64,000 bases of DNA. Origin: Callorhinchus milii. Its lineage: Eukaryota. The stretch lies in NCBI RefSeq assembly GCF_018977255.1, contig NW_024704742.1:99636001-99700000 (forward strand), written 5' to 3'. Positions 12,150 through 24,302 of this stretch are shown here, one piece after another. Position numbers and translations under genes: made by a program. The notes below the pieces were generated by a model, which saw only the letters and a list, made by a program, of their open reading frames with translations, was not told where the DNA came from and did no database searches. The stretch's first letter is position 1. Each line of letters begins with the position of its first letter.

Positions 12150-13680
12150 AAAGCGCCGCATCACTCAACCCAATTCACCACATTCCACCTCCTACTCACA
12201 GACCTCATAAACCTCTCCCTGTCCACTGGCACCATTCACACCCCTTTAAAAATGGCCGTCATCACTCCTATTCTTAAAAAACCCTCTGGACAAATCCCTG
12301 CTGTCAAACTACTGTCCCATCTCTAAGCTCCCGTTCCTTTCCAAGTCGTTGCTTCCCAATTTCATTCTGTCCTCTCCTGCCACTTCCTTCACAAACCCCT
12401 CCAATCGGGAACCAGTGCTGCCCACAGCATAGAAACAGCTTTGGTGAAAGTGACAAATGACATTTTGTCTCTGCCTCCTCATCCTCCTTGACCTCTCTGC
12501 TGCCTTCAATACTGTTGACAACTCTATCCTCCTCCACCGCCTCTCCTCTCACCTCAATCTTCAAGGTTCTGTCCTTGAATGATTCAGATCCTACTTCTCA
12601 CACTATCTCCACTTCATTTCCACAAATAGCTTCTCCTCTAGCCCCCGCACCATCTCATGCAGGGTTCCTCAGGGCTCCCTCCTTGGTCCCCTCCTCTTCA
12701 ATATCGATACGCTCCCTATTGGTGACATCAACCGCAGACATGGGGTCAACTTCCCCATATATGCGGATGACACCAAACTCTCTCTCTGCCTCCATTCTCG
12801 ACTGCAAGGACACTGCTGTACTGACAGATAGTCTGTCAGACATCAAGTCCTGGATGAGAGCTAACTTTCTTCAGTTGAACATCAACAAAACCGAGGCCCT
12901 CCTGATTGGCTCCTTTTAGTGCCTTCAGACCTCAGGCACTGACAGAATCACCATCCACCTCACTGAGCCAGTCTGGAACATTGACGTCTTGTTTGACCCT
13001 CAACTGTCCTTTCTACCCCACCTCCGCGCCATGACCTGCTCTGCCTTCCCCAACCTCTGCAACATCGTCTGGCTAGACCACTGTCTCACATCGCAGACCA
13101 CCAAGACTCTCATACACTCATTCATAACATCCAGGCTCGACTACGCAAACTCCCGGCTTGTTGTCCTCCCCAACTCCTCCCTCCATATGCAGCAGATCAT
13201 CCAGAACTCGGCAGGCCATGTCCTCTCCCACACCAGGCTCCGGGACTATATTGGGACATCCTCGCCCGACTCCACTGGCTTCCCATCACACAGAGGATAC
13301 AGTTCAAGATTATGGCCATGGCCTTGCTCCCCCCTACCTCTGCAACCATTAACGCCCTACTATCCTGCCCACTCCGTCCACTCAGCAGACTCTGGCCTGC
13401 TTCATCCTCCACCATCGGTGGGCGAGCCTTCAGCCACTCTGCCCCCATTATCTGGAACTCCATCCCACAGTCCTACCGACTCGTATCCTCCCTTGCCTCC
13501 TTCAAGACTTGTCTCAAAACACTCCTCTTCGATCGTGCCTTTGGTCACCTTCCTTCTCCCACTGCCCTCTACCTTCCCTGATCCTGACCCTCAGCTCGGG
13601 TCCGAAACATAGATTGTTTAGCCCCTTGGGACGTCCTCCTGACGTGAAAGGCGCTATACAAATGTAATTTTGCTGTTGCT
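12150..13680 (+). mobile_element. L2 LINE, 5'-truncated; pseudogenised ORF2 reverse transcriptase plus 3' tail
   Basis: ORF pieces LINLSLSTG..KMAVITPILKKP, LSDIKSWMRANFLQLNINKTEALLIG and LIHSFITSRLDYANS, with many frameshifts. Tail: GGGACGTCCTCCTGACGTGAAAGGCGCTATACAAATGTAATTT. Confidence 0.93.
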
Positions 13681-13689
13681 ATACTACAA

Positions 13690-13912
13690 TATATTCGGGG
13701 AGATTTTCCTGGTGTCCTGACCAACAATCCTCCAGCTAATACTGATCATTCACTTCATTGATGTTTATGGGACACTGCTGTGTGTAAATTGGCTGCCGAG
13801 GTCACCTAACAAAATATACAGTCACTACACTTTACAGCGGATCCTGTAAAACACTTTGAGACATCCTCCTGATGTGAAAGGTGCTATATGAAATGTAAAT
13901 ATTATAATAAGA
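13690..13912 (+). mobile_element. DeuSINE 3' half
   Basis: CCTGGTGTCCTGACCAACAATCC...GTTTATGGGACACTGCTGTGTGTAAATTGGCTGCC, followed by the tail. Confidence 0.85.
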
Positions 13913-13914
13913 AG

Positions 13915-14332
13915 AATCTGTGCATGTTTCATAGCGTCTTATCACATTGTTCATGCCATCTCAAAGCACTTCACAGGATATACTGCAAAATGATTTGAGT
14001 GTGTGTATTTGTGGGTGAACGTGCCGCCAATTTGTGCACAGTAATGTCCCACAAACAGCCATGAAGTGAGCGACCAATTTTATTTGGAGGATTGTTGGCC
14101 AGGACATTGCGAGAAACTTACTTCTTTTTTCGAATAGTTCCATGGGATCTGTAACATTCACCTGGACAGCCAGATGGGACCTTCGTTTAAAGTCTCATCT
14201 GAATGATGGCACCTCTGTCAATGCAATGGAGTGTGAGTTCAGACGATATGAGTTTCAAGTCCCGACTTGGGACTTGAACTCACAACCTTCTGACTTAGCA
14301 GTGATAAATGCTACCAACTGAGTCAGGCTGAC
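13915..14332 (-). mobile_element. DeuSINE, near full length
   Basis: Reverse complement of the head (TCAGCCTGACTCAGTTGGTAGCA...GAAGGTTGTGAGTTCAAGTCCC), the Deu core and the tail. Confidence 0.85.
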
Positions 14333-14514
14333 ATACATATTCCATGGGATTCTTCAGACTGGTTTCAAAATCCTCCCAGATTATGCCCCATGGCACAACA
14401 CTATTAAATAATGAAGTTACATATAATATTTTGTTTTTGTCTACTTTTCGTTTCTTGGCTTTGGGGAACCACTCTGGAATTGGTGGTGGAGTGCAGAGCA
14501 CACCTAAACATTTA

Positions 14515-15835
14515 CAGCAACAAAAACGTACATTTATAGAGCGCACTCCATGCAGGTTGGCATCCCAGAGCACTTAACAATGGCGGAGCCCGATGCCAAG
14601 CTAGGGGGAGGGGAAGAGGTGACCATAGGCATGGTCGAAGAGGAAGGTCTTCAGACACAACCTGAACATGGGGAAAGAGGGGGCAAGGCAAAAGGATTGA
14701 GGGAGGGTGTTCCATAGTTTCGGGGTGTAGTGGCTGATGGCACGGCCGCTGATGGTTGAGCGGAGGATTCAAGGGACAAGGAGGAGGCCAACGCCAGTGG
14801 AGCAGAGGGAGCAGATAATGCTGTGAGGAGAGAAGAGGTTGGAGAGATAGGGGGTGTGCCAATGCTTGGAGGGATTTAAACACCAGAGTGAGGATCTTAA
14901 AGTTGATCCGCTCTGTGACAGGGAGCCAATGGGATCTGTAATCGGGGTATAGAGTTTAGTGCGGGTGAGAATGTAGGCGGCGGAGTTGAATTTTGTGAAT
15001 AGTGGAGGAGGGGAAACTGTCGAGGAGGGCATTTGAGTAATCCAGCCGAGCGGTGTCAAGGGTTTCAGCAGCTTGTGGAGTGAGGTATTGTCGGAGATGG
15101 GCAATGTGGCAGAGGTGGTGGAAAGCTGTCCTGGTCAAGGACCAGGTATGGGGGAGGAAAGATAATTAGGGATCCAACCCGATGCCTTAGTTGCGCACAG
15201 TGTTCAAAGAGTTTTAAGGACAGATCGGGTAGGTTGAGGAGGTCTGAACCACAGGACAAGATGTCAATGGGGTCAAAGAGTATGGCTTCCGTCTTGTTGA
15301 TATTTAACTGCAAGACGTTTGCGCTCATCCAGGCCTTGATGTCTGTCAGACAAGCTGACAGAACATCAGAAGACTGGGAATCGCAGCTGGAGGAGAAGTA
15401 GAGTTGAGTGTCATCTGCATATGTGTTGAAGTTAAGCCCATGTCTGCAGATGACATCAACGAGAGGGAGCATATAGATGAGGAATAGAAGTGGGGCCAAG
15501 GATGGAGCCTTGGGATACCCCCCAGGTGACTGGGCGTGGGCGAGAAGAGAAAACATTTGTGGAAATGTAGTGCTGGCAGTTTGTAAGGTTGAACTCGAAT
15601 CAAACGAGTGCGGTCCCACTGAGGTGGATGATGGAGGAGAGGCAGTGGACGAGGATGGCACGATCGACTGTGTCGAACGCGGCGGAGAGGTCCAGGAGGA
15701 GAGGCGGCAGAGGAAGCCCTGGTTACAGATAGAAAGGACATTGTCTCTGTACTGTGGGCAGGGCGGAAACCGGACTGGAGGGGTTTGAGTAGGAAGTGGA
15801 GGGAGAGGTGTGTGTGAAATTGGTTGGCAACAAAT
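14515..15835 (-). mobile_element. L2 LINE, 5'-truncated; pseudogenised reverse transcriptase
   Basis: LFLIYMLPL...TYADDTQLY (catalytic YADD motif), IKAWMSANVLQLNINKTEAI, FHHLCHIAHLR and RLDYSNALL, with an L2 tail at 14515. Confidence 0.95.
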
Positions 15836-16354
15836 TTACATTTAAAGGTAACACATTCAGCTCACCCTACAAAATACATACAATTTACACTTATATAGTG
15901 CCTTTCCCGTTGGAAGAATGGCCCAATGTTGAAACATAATCCGGCATTGAGAATCCTTTACACATAGTCACCACATAGAGTTAAGGTGGTGCTTGAGGAA
16001 CTGGCAGGAGTAAGCTTTGCATGAGAGAAGAGTGAAAAAAGGGATGAAAATTGAAGGGGAATCAAAACACCTTGTAATCTCACAGAAACTGTCATGTTAT
16101 TTTTCAGGTCAAACCTCAAGATCATTTATAATAAGCCTTTCTCCTACATTACACTTCCTTTAAATGTTCAATTATATTCCCATTCAGAGGGCTGGAAATC
16201 AGTAAAATGATATAATATGTGGAGGGAGGTAAAAGGTTGTAACCCAATCCTGAGGCTTGGATACGATTCACAAACCATTTTCACTTCACATTCACAGGCT
16301 ATGTTATATTGTCAGCAACTGGATTGAGTTGCAGCCTCACACTGCTCTTTTTCA

Positions 16355-16412
16355 GCGCCTTGGGACGTCCTTCCAACTTGAAAGGTGCTTTACAAAAGTA
16401 ATTCTGCTGTTA
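16355..16412 (+). mobile_element. Isolated L2 3' tail
   Basis: GCGCCTTGGGACGTCCTTCCAACTTGAAAGGTGCTTTACAAAAGTAATT matches the tail at 13622-13680. Confidence 0.7.
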
Positions 16413-16646
16413 TTTTGTTTTATTTTGGGGGCATACTCTACAAAAGAGGTTTTTTGATTGCATTACCACCAAATAATACATTATCTTAACAAAACCGTAC
16501 TTTTTCATTAGACGTGGTTATTTAAACACAGCAAATGGTTCATTTCGAAAAAGCTAGGAGATACTTTTGTGATTGCAGGAATAGCTATGATTGCTTTCAG
16601 TTTGCTGTTGATTGGATTTGGTGCTTACATTGAAAACATTGAAAAT

Positions 16647-16965
16647 GTGGATTCTTGTAGCTCAGTGGTTAGAGCACATGCCTTGCAAGTGAGACACCTG
16701 GGTTCAATTCCAGGCAGGGCGAAACCTTGGGCAAGTTTCCTTACTCCACACACCTAATAATAATCCCTCCAAAAAAGCAAAACAATAACAAATTGGTCAT
16801 TTTCAATCCATGACTGTTTGTGGGACACTACTCTGTGCAATTGGCTGCCGCGTTCGCCCACAAATATACAGTCAATTCACTTTACAGTGTGTTCTGTGAA
16901 GCGCTTTAGGACGTCCTCCCGACGTGAAGAGCGCTATATCAAATGCAAGGATTATTATTATTATT
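16647..16965 (+). mobile_element. tRNA-Ala-derived SINE, short subfamily, full length
   Basis: A box TAGCTCAGTGG, TGC anticodon loop, B box GGTTCAATTCC, L2-type tail and (ATT)n end. Confidence 0.93.
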
Positions 16966-17249
16966 GTTACCATCATTATTATAATAACAGTCAAAAATCC
17001 TACAATACATTCCAAGCTCTGTGGCTTCAAATGGTTTGTGCACACTTCATACTTTTGATCTGATCTAATCTAAAATGGTGCATTCGACCAAACATTTCAC
17101 ATATTACTTGCTACTTTTTTTCTCTCCTGACTATTGCTGAGGTTTAGTTCCAGAGGATGCCCTCCTGTACCTCACCTGAGTGAGCCTGACACTGAGGATC
17201 GATAGACCAGTCTGCATTGATCAACTTAGCAGAACAAGAGAGCACAGAT

Positions 17250-17470
17250 TCAGAATTGTGAGAGCAAGTTTAAGACAGATGCCAAGAAGTTTTTTTTAAA
17301 TGGAATTTTTAACTTTTAACTGCTGAAACGGGTTACCAGGAAAGGTGGTAGAGGCTAGGATGCTGGACTCATTTAAGAAACAATGAATTGTGTAATGGAA
17401 AGACAGGCATTTTGAAAGGCTGACACCAGCAAATAAACTGCAGGGACTTATTCATCTGAACCTCTCTTAT
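17250..17470 (+). mobile_element. CR1 3' fragment
   Basis: GTTACCAGGAAAGGTGGTAGAGGCT...TCATTTAAGAAA (LP.KVVEA...SFK-like). Homologous to the reverse complement of 24755-25095. Confidence 0.65.
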
Positions 17471-17814
17471 GAATGTGTACCAGTATACTCTGCTCATTAT
17501 GCAATATCACACTGTACTGCGTGTTATAAATCTAACCTTCATAATTCATCAAAAGACAAAATGAGCAACATGCCCTGGAAAAATGTGAGGTATTTTATAC
17601 CAGTTAGTGGTTTGAAATGTTCAGATTTAGTTTATTGGAATCTTAATTCACATAAAATACATCAAATACACTGATGAACTTGTTATCTTGGCCATTAGTG
17701 TTCAGGTTATTTGTCTGTGTGTGTATGAGGGGGAGGGGAATTACAATGGCAATAACAAAATTGCATTTGTATAGTGCCTTTTACATCGGGAAGATGTCCA
17801 AAAGCACTGACAAC

Positions 17815-17985
17815 TAAGCTTATTCTCACCTGATGCAGACATGTGCATATTTTCTAGCAATGGCCAGTGCTTAGAAGCAGCAACTTAATTTATCCCTCCC
17901 TAGCCCAGGAGCACTGAGGCCAATTGCAGTGCACCCACTGCTGCCTTGGTTGAAATCAGCTGGGAATCAAGCCTGTGACCTTCAA
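17815..17985 (-). mobile_element. Family C ancient SINE fragment (AmnSINE2-like)
   Basis: Reverse complement GCAGCAGTGGGTGCACTGCAATTGGCCTCAGTGCTCCTGGGCTAGGGAGGG. Confidence 0.55.
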
Positions 17986-19364
17986 AATTGGAATAACCTA
18001 CAAATACAACAATGGGTGGTAATAATATCTACTATGCATGTGTTTAGGGTTTTGGGGACGTAGGTTTGCTTGACTCCATAAAAGACCATTGAGGTCCCTA
18101 GGTAAAAGGCAATTTAAATTTAAAAAGCAATAAATAATCTTACACTAAATTTTAGCTCATGTCCGTCCAATAAATTCTTTGCCAAATAGCTACCTAAATC
18201 ATTTGTGAACTTGCTGATACAATCTACCTCCGCCACCTACCTGTGTTTCTATTCCTTATATTTACCCCCCTCTCTCTCTCTCTCTCTCTGTTAAATAATT
18301 AAATAATCGTATTTTCATTCAAACTTGGAACTGAGAGCGGTGTTTCATTTTGGAAGTTAAAAAAGAATATCGTTTGGGCTGAACGCCAGAGGCTTCCAGC
18401 CCAAGTGACAGCCTATATATGGGTTCATGGAGAACCTCCAGATGTCTCCTTGTTTTGTTTCCTTTCCTGTTGACAGTAGGGAAATCACTCATCAGAGTGC
18501 ATTTGCCACCCAGCTGTTGAGATTTGTCAGCTTTTTATACAAAGTTTACTCAATTTTAGCTTTAAATACTGCGCTTGCAATTTCGTTCCTGTCACCAGCA
18601 ATTCAAAATGTATTAATAAAGTACAACAGAAAAAGCAGCCAGATTGGATAATGAATGGTTGCCGGGCTATTTCCTATGAAGAGAGCAGGTTTTAAATTCT
18701 ACCGAGCCAAGCAGAAAGCAAGGTGAATAGGATTAAATTACAGGAAAGGATTAATGAGCATTTGCTAGGACTGCATACAGTTGCCACGCTTCTTAGTCGC
18801 TATACCAACCATCCACTGCTTTTTTTCCTCTCTTTTAGTGCTTCTAAAACTAGAGCAGACCTGCTATCTGTGCATTTGAGCCTATGCAAACAAAAAAAGG
18901 AAGCTGAGATCTTAATGCCTTGTGCTTAGTTCATTTATTTTACATCTGCTCTAGTAAATTAATCATCCCCAGTAATTAATCATGCAGGGAGGAGCTCAGT
19001 GATTCCAGTGATATGCAGCTCATTACCAGAGTGTCATTTACTAGGCTTATGCAACGCTTATGCACAGCTCCTGTCAGTTGCTCGGAACATTGCGATGTGT
19101 GCACAGTCGACGAAAGTGTAAAGTGCAAAACAAAATGTATGTTAATATACAGCAATACCTCATAAAGATGAATAGCTGAGATATTTTTGGTTTCTGTCTT
19201 GATGATATAATGAGAAAAACATTATTGTTGCCATTAGCTGTAATATAGCTTATATGGCCAGACCCATTTCACGGTTACAAAATAAATTCTCTCACTGGTG
19301 TTTTATGGCCAGCTTTTGTCAGCAAGTTCTTGTCATGTGACCTTTCAACTTTGCTGGTATGTTT

Positions 19365-19850
19365 GCTTGTTCAGGGGACATTAAAGATCCCATTGCACTA
19401 TTTAAAGAGAGAAGGGAATTTCCCTTCGTGTTTTGGTTACAATCCTCTAGATAAATTGGTTTTACTTGATACAGATGTGGAACTTTGCTAAGTCAAATTG
19501 ACTGTCCGCATTTCACTTAGAAATAATAAATAATAATAATCCTTGCATTTGATATAGGATCAAATAATGTCAAAATGCCTCAAAGTGCTTCACAGAGTTT
19601 TCTGTAAATTATAGTGATTGTATATGTAGGCAAATATGGCAGCCCAATTTTTGCCCAGTAAACACCCACAAACAGCCATGAAGTGAATGACAATTTTTGT
19701 CTGGAGGATTGTTGGTCAGGGCAACACGATAACCTTGCTTCTCTTTTTGAATAGTGCCATGAGATCTTTACACTTGACAGCAATTTCCTGTGAAATGCTT
19801 TGAGACGTTACATGAGTTATGTCAAAGGCGAGGATTATTATTATTAGTAG
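19365..19850. mobile_element. DeuSINE (+) with an antisense DeuSINE 3' part (19520-19780) nested inside it
   Basis: Deu core CATTAAAGATCCCATTGCACTATTT on +, a reverse tail and core in the middle, and the + tail resuming at about 19785. Confidence 0.75.
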
Positions 19851-20730
19851 TTTAACATTGATGTGTTGCTCAAGGTTGGCATTTAGATTGTAATCGCTCT
19901 GCTTTCAGATGAGCAAAGAAAATCTGATACAAACCACTTGTCTTTTTTTCTTGCATAGTATTTATAATTGTTGGTGTCATCAGGCAATGGCATTAGCTAT
20001 GATGCTAGTTCATGTGACCATGCCACTGAAAAATCAATTCTTGCAGTTCAGGCCTGAAATCTATAGTAAGAATCATACTGTCAGCACTCGGTCAAACTGC
20101 AGATTGACTTAGTCTGATACAGAATTACTTTTGTTTGTATGCATAGTTCATTACTTTACAAGTGTCCATTGGGGTTGAATCTACAGCATTGGTAACTCCT
20201 ATGCATATTAAAAACCCTGGGGCACCAGCAGTGTAAGCGTAGATGGTATGATGTTAATTGTGTCAGACCAAATTTTGCTCCTTTCCCTTGACAATGTGTA
20301 TTGAAGTGCACAGCAAAATACCGAGTCAACAGCTGTTTTCCAGGGCAGGGGGAATGGTCTGAGGCTAATTCCGCAACCAGAAGTTAATGCAAGGCAAGCA
20401 TACCTCATCCCACTGGAGATTATGTGAGAGTTTATGGAGTTGCCACCGAGCACTCACTCTCCTGTCAGCTGTCAAAAGCTCTTTGTGCAATAGAAATTTC
20501 AAGCTTGTTTACATATGCCTGAATTGGTTCCACCACTCAGATATATGATACAACAACAACAACTTGAATTTATAAAGCACCCTTCATGTGGTGTAGCATT
20601 GCGGAACCCTATAGGATTACATTAAATTGATTGATAACAAATCTGCAGAGGAGTGGTTTATTGTGAACCAGTTTGTTTCTCTTACATTCCTTCATAAAAA
20701 AAATGATAGATGACACATGTGGACCATGTT

Positions 20731-21084
20731 GTGGAGCCTTGTCGCATATCAGTTAGAGCACTCGCCTTGCATCCGATTGGACCTGGGATCGATTCACGGG
20801 TAGGGTGAAACATTTGACAAGTTTCCTTACTCCACAGGCCTCTGTTTAACTAGCTGTAGAAACCCAGTTGTTATTCGATTGGTGGATCGCTTTCCTGGGG
20901 GTTAAAAATGTGGTAACTCAATCCACGACTGTTTGTGGGACACTGCTGTGCACAATTGGCTGCCGCATTTTGTCCACAAAATATATAGTCAATTAATTTC
21001 ACAGTATATTTTGTGAAGCGTTTTGAGACGTCTCGAAGACTTGATAAGGCGCTATGTCAAATGCAAGGATTATTATTATTATTA
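20731..21084 (+). mobile_element. tRNA-Ala SINE, long subfamily, full length, diverged
   Basis: Degenerate tRNA head, extra central segment CTCTGTTTAACTAGCTGTAGAAACCCAGTTGTTATTCGATTGG, tail and (ATT)n. Confidence 0.9.
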
Positions 21085-21473
21085 TGTTTATATGGAGCAC
21101 CTCACCTAATGCAATTATTTTATATAAATAGTCTAATCCCTGAATTGAGGGGAACTGTTCATCACAAATAAACCCATGTGTGGAATTTGCCTGGGGGGCG
21201 AATCAGAGTTCACACCTAAACCTGCTCCTCTCCTCACCTTTGACTGCAATTTTGACCGTCACTCTCCCTCTCATCATCTCAAGGCACTTCACGAGATTTT
21301 AAGGCAGAGTGTAGTGACTATGGATTTGTAGGTGAACTATGTAAAAAGCACCATATACGTACAAGTTGCTTTTGGTGAAGCTCAACAGAACAGAGCGTGA
21401 TATATAATTTTTTGTTTTTTTACCTAAAGGCACTTCATGGCATACCTGTAAATCTTGTTAGATATTGGAGTCT

Positions 21474-21533
21474 AGCACTCTGAGACACTACCCTGCGTGA
21501 AGGGCGCTATATAAGTGCAAGCTGTTGTTGTTG
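21474..21533 (+). mobile_element. Isolated L2 3' tail (second tail type)
   Basis: GCACTCTGAGACACTACCCTGCGTGAAGGGCGCTATATAAGTGCAAGCTGTTGTTG matches the ends of the L2 copies at 35872 and 39445. Confidence 0.75.
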
Positions 21534-23134
21534 AGTCTAAATTAGATTTGTAAATAGCTAATTGTGGATGTTGCTGCTGACTCTGGAACTGAACTCGGAT
21601 GCCAATCTCATCTCTCACATCTGTGAGGCCAGTGTCCAGATGAAGTTCCTGCAACACATCCAGGATTTGCTATCTGCAAATTTTTGACTACGAATTCCTT
21701 AGTCCTTTTCAGTAATATCTCCAGTCCCAGCAGAGATCTCCCTGTTATTTTTCCTATCTGCAAATCCTTCTCTCACTTCACACATGCCCATCACAGACAA
21801 TGGAAGATGTTCTCCACTTCTCAGTTACTTCACTGAGCTTTAAGACAAGCGTGTTCCATTTTAAATCAGTTTACTTGTGAGGAGAGAGTCACACCCTAAC
21901 AGTTAGTTACGTTTATTTCCTTTCAATGTGAAGGCTGACAGAATGGTTGTGTTGGACAGAACAGTGGAATTCAGTTGTGGATTTGCCTTTAGTTTTTGCT
22001 GCCTTGCGTTAATCACCATGGCTGTGAAACCTATGCTCCCAGTCTGTAGGTTAATCCGATTAAACTTTCACCAGTTTAGTGTTAAGGAGTGAAACCTGTG
22101 GTGTTTCATAATGCATTTCTTATGTTAAACACAAAGTTATGAAATGGCAAAAACTTCATCTCGTAGTATTCAGCCAATTCTGACCTTTACTTGACAGTAC
22201 ACATGGTGCAATTTTGTGGAGCCCAGCTTTGTGTACATACTTGCCCGCAGGCAAACTGTGAAGGTATGGTGACTTTACTAGAATTTTTCTATTCTTTTTT
22301 CACCTTTGGATTCATTTCATAAAAGACGTTTCTAAACCTCATTTATTTCCATTCAGTCCAAATCAGCCTCTGATTCAGACCAAAGATATGTGTCCTGGCA
22401 AAGACATGAAGGGAATTTTTGGCTACTAATTCCTCTTTAGTTCCTTTCAGTCATATCTCCGGCCCCAGCAGAGATCTCCTTGTGATTTATACAATTTTAG
22501 CTGTGTCTTTGCCTTGACCTATGTGGCTTTTCCTGGTGACCTGATATTTCAATCCTTCAGTAATAGTTTCTCACAGTCGTGGCTCAATCTTGGAGCATTA
22601 CATACAGTTGCTACAACAGTATCCTCTCAAATCCTCCAGACTTTGTTTATTCATTAACTCATTCACTGCTAAGGATGTCACTTGCCAAACTTTTCACCTT
22701 GGAGCAGCAGAAAATACCAGTTGACATCATACTGCAACCATACAAAGTGGATGTTCACCCTGTGGTAAGTGAGCTGTGATCTTTAGCCCCTCAAATTCCA
22801 AGGAATTTGCAGTCAAGAGATATGTAAAGGTCACAGGACTGTTTGATTATGTCTTCATCAACTGTGTCCGATTTCTCCTCCCCGCCTCACCCATTCATGG
22901 TTGCATGACTATCCTCCTTTGAGGGGGAGGTAATCGGGGTCTGTTTGGAGCTGAACTGGCTCCCAGGGGACATGTTATGCAACAGAATGTTGAAATCGAG
23001 TCACCCTGTAGTGGTCTTAGGAGTTCAGTTCCTGAGCCAGGCGGGTCTGCAGTACTCCAAGGCACTGCTGACGTCAGCTCAGCTAGCCTGACTTATCAGC
23101 AGATTTCAGAAGAGAAAAAAAAGTCACTGGGGGC

Positions 23135-23490
23135 AGGGATTCTTCCCACTCAGCTACTGTTATCTCTGCAAGCCAAAGTCCTAAAGGGTAGGGTGGTCTA
23201 GCTGGACAAGCAGTGGAACAGCTTGCCAGACGTTGGATTCAATGGAAAGCTCTGCAGTTTTAGTTGATTAAACTTCAGAAGTACGCCAATGGACTTGTGA
23301 TTGCCTACCTGTGGCTAGAACTCTCCGGGATTAAGTAAACAGGGTGCGTCCTTCCAAAGAGAGGGGACATTCCATTCCAGACACAGAAATGTTTGTGTGC
23401 AGATGGAATACATGGAACTCTCAGTCTGTTTGGATACTTCTTAGCATGTCGATGGGTTTCTGCATGTGTCAGACACCCGCTGACTAAACA
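23135..23490 (+). repeat. Unclassified old interspersed repeat (family D), copy 1
   Basis: Colinear similarity with 26318-26690 and with the reverse complement of 31030-31215. Confidence 0.75.
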
Positions 23491-23499
23491 ACAAATGGT

Positions 23500-23625
23500 T
23501 GCATACGCTGCTGACACTCACTGTCCAGACTTGTACACAAAGAATGGTCATGTGACTGAGGTATCAGAGGGTGGTCAACCTTCATGGAACTGTATCTCAG
23601 TAAGAGTCTAAAAATCTTCCTCTCT
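23500..23625 (+). mobile_element. Family C SINE 3' part
   Basis: CTCACTGTCCAG...GAATGGTCATGTGACTGAGGTATCAGAGGG...CATGGAAC aligns with 36445-36520. Confidence 0.55.
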
Positions 23626-23972
23626 GACTGCACTTTGAGCCACCTCTTGCCCGATACCCTATCTCTCACCATAATCAGCTCCCATTCTAACTATGTAAAA
23701 CACTTTGAGGTGTACTCCTACATAAAAAATGCTGCATTTGTGCAAGTTGTTGTTGTTGAGACACTTCTTTCTGCTGGCGAGGAAGAAAGAGAAATATATA
23801 AAACAAATCTTTTAAGTGTATAGCAAACAGATAAAGAGATATTCCAGGCTGCAAAGAACCAGTATCGTACATTTTTCATATATCTAGGTGTGAAAAAGAT
23901 GTTTTGAAGTCACTGCTTTCCACTTAGTAAATACAGGGGATTGATGCGAAAGTCTGACTAGTTAGCAATCTA

Positions 23973-24302
23973 GTGGAGTCCTGTAGCTCAGTGGTTAGAG
24001 CACTCGCTTTGCAAGCGAGAGACCTGAGTTCAATTCCAGGCAGGTCAGGGCGAAACATTGGGCAAGTTTCCTTACTCCACACGCCTAATAATAATCCCTC
24101 CAAAAAAAAAAAACAATAATAAATTGGTCATTTTCAATCTACGACTGTTTGTGGGACATTGCTGTGTGCAATTGGCTGCCGCGTTTGCCCACAAATATAC
24201 AGTCAATTCACTTTACAGTGTGTTCTGTGAAGCGCTTTGGGACGTCCTCCCGACGTGAAAAGCGCTATATCAAATGCAAGGATTATTATTATTATTATTA
24301 TT
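23973..24302 (+). mobile_element. tRNA-Ala SINE, short subfamily, full length, young
   Basis: Near-identical to 34489 and 47098, with intact A and B boxes and an (ATT)n end. Confidence 0.95.

Noticed and set aside
12012..15788. Longest ORFs in the track (up to 207 aa) as host genes or an active reverse transcriptase
   Set aside because: They are frameshifted pieces of L2 ORF2 or their alternative and antisense frames; there is no intact ORF.
18412..18422. CArG box (CCTATATATGG)
   Set aside because: It has seven A/T bases rather than the canonical six.
23973..24052. tRNA-Ala(TGC) genes (also at 16647, 34489, 47098, 48041)
   Set aside because: Each continues into the same SINE body and tail with no terminator after the cloverleaf, so they are SINE heads.
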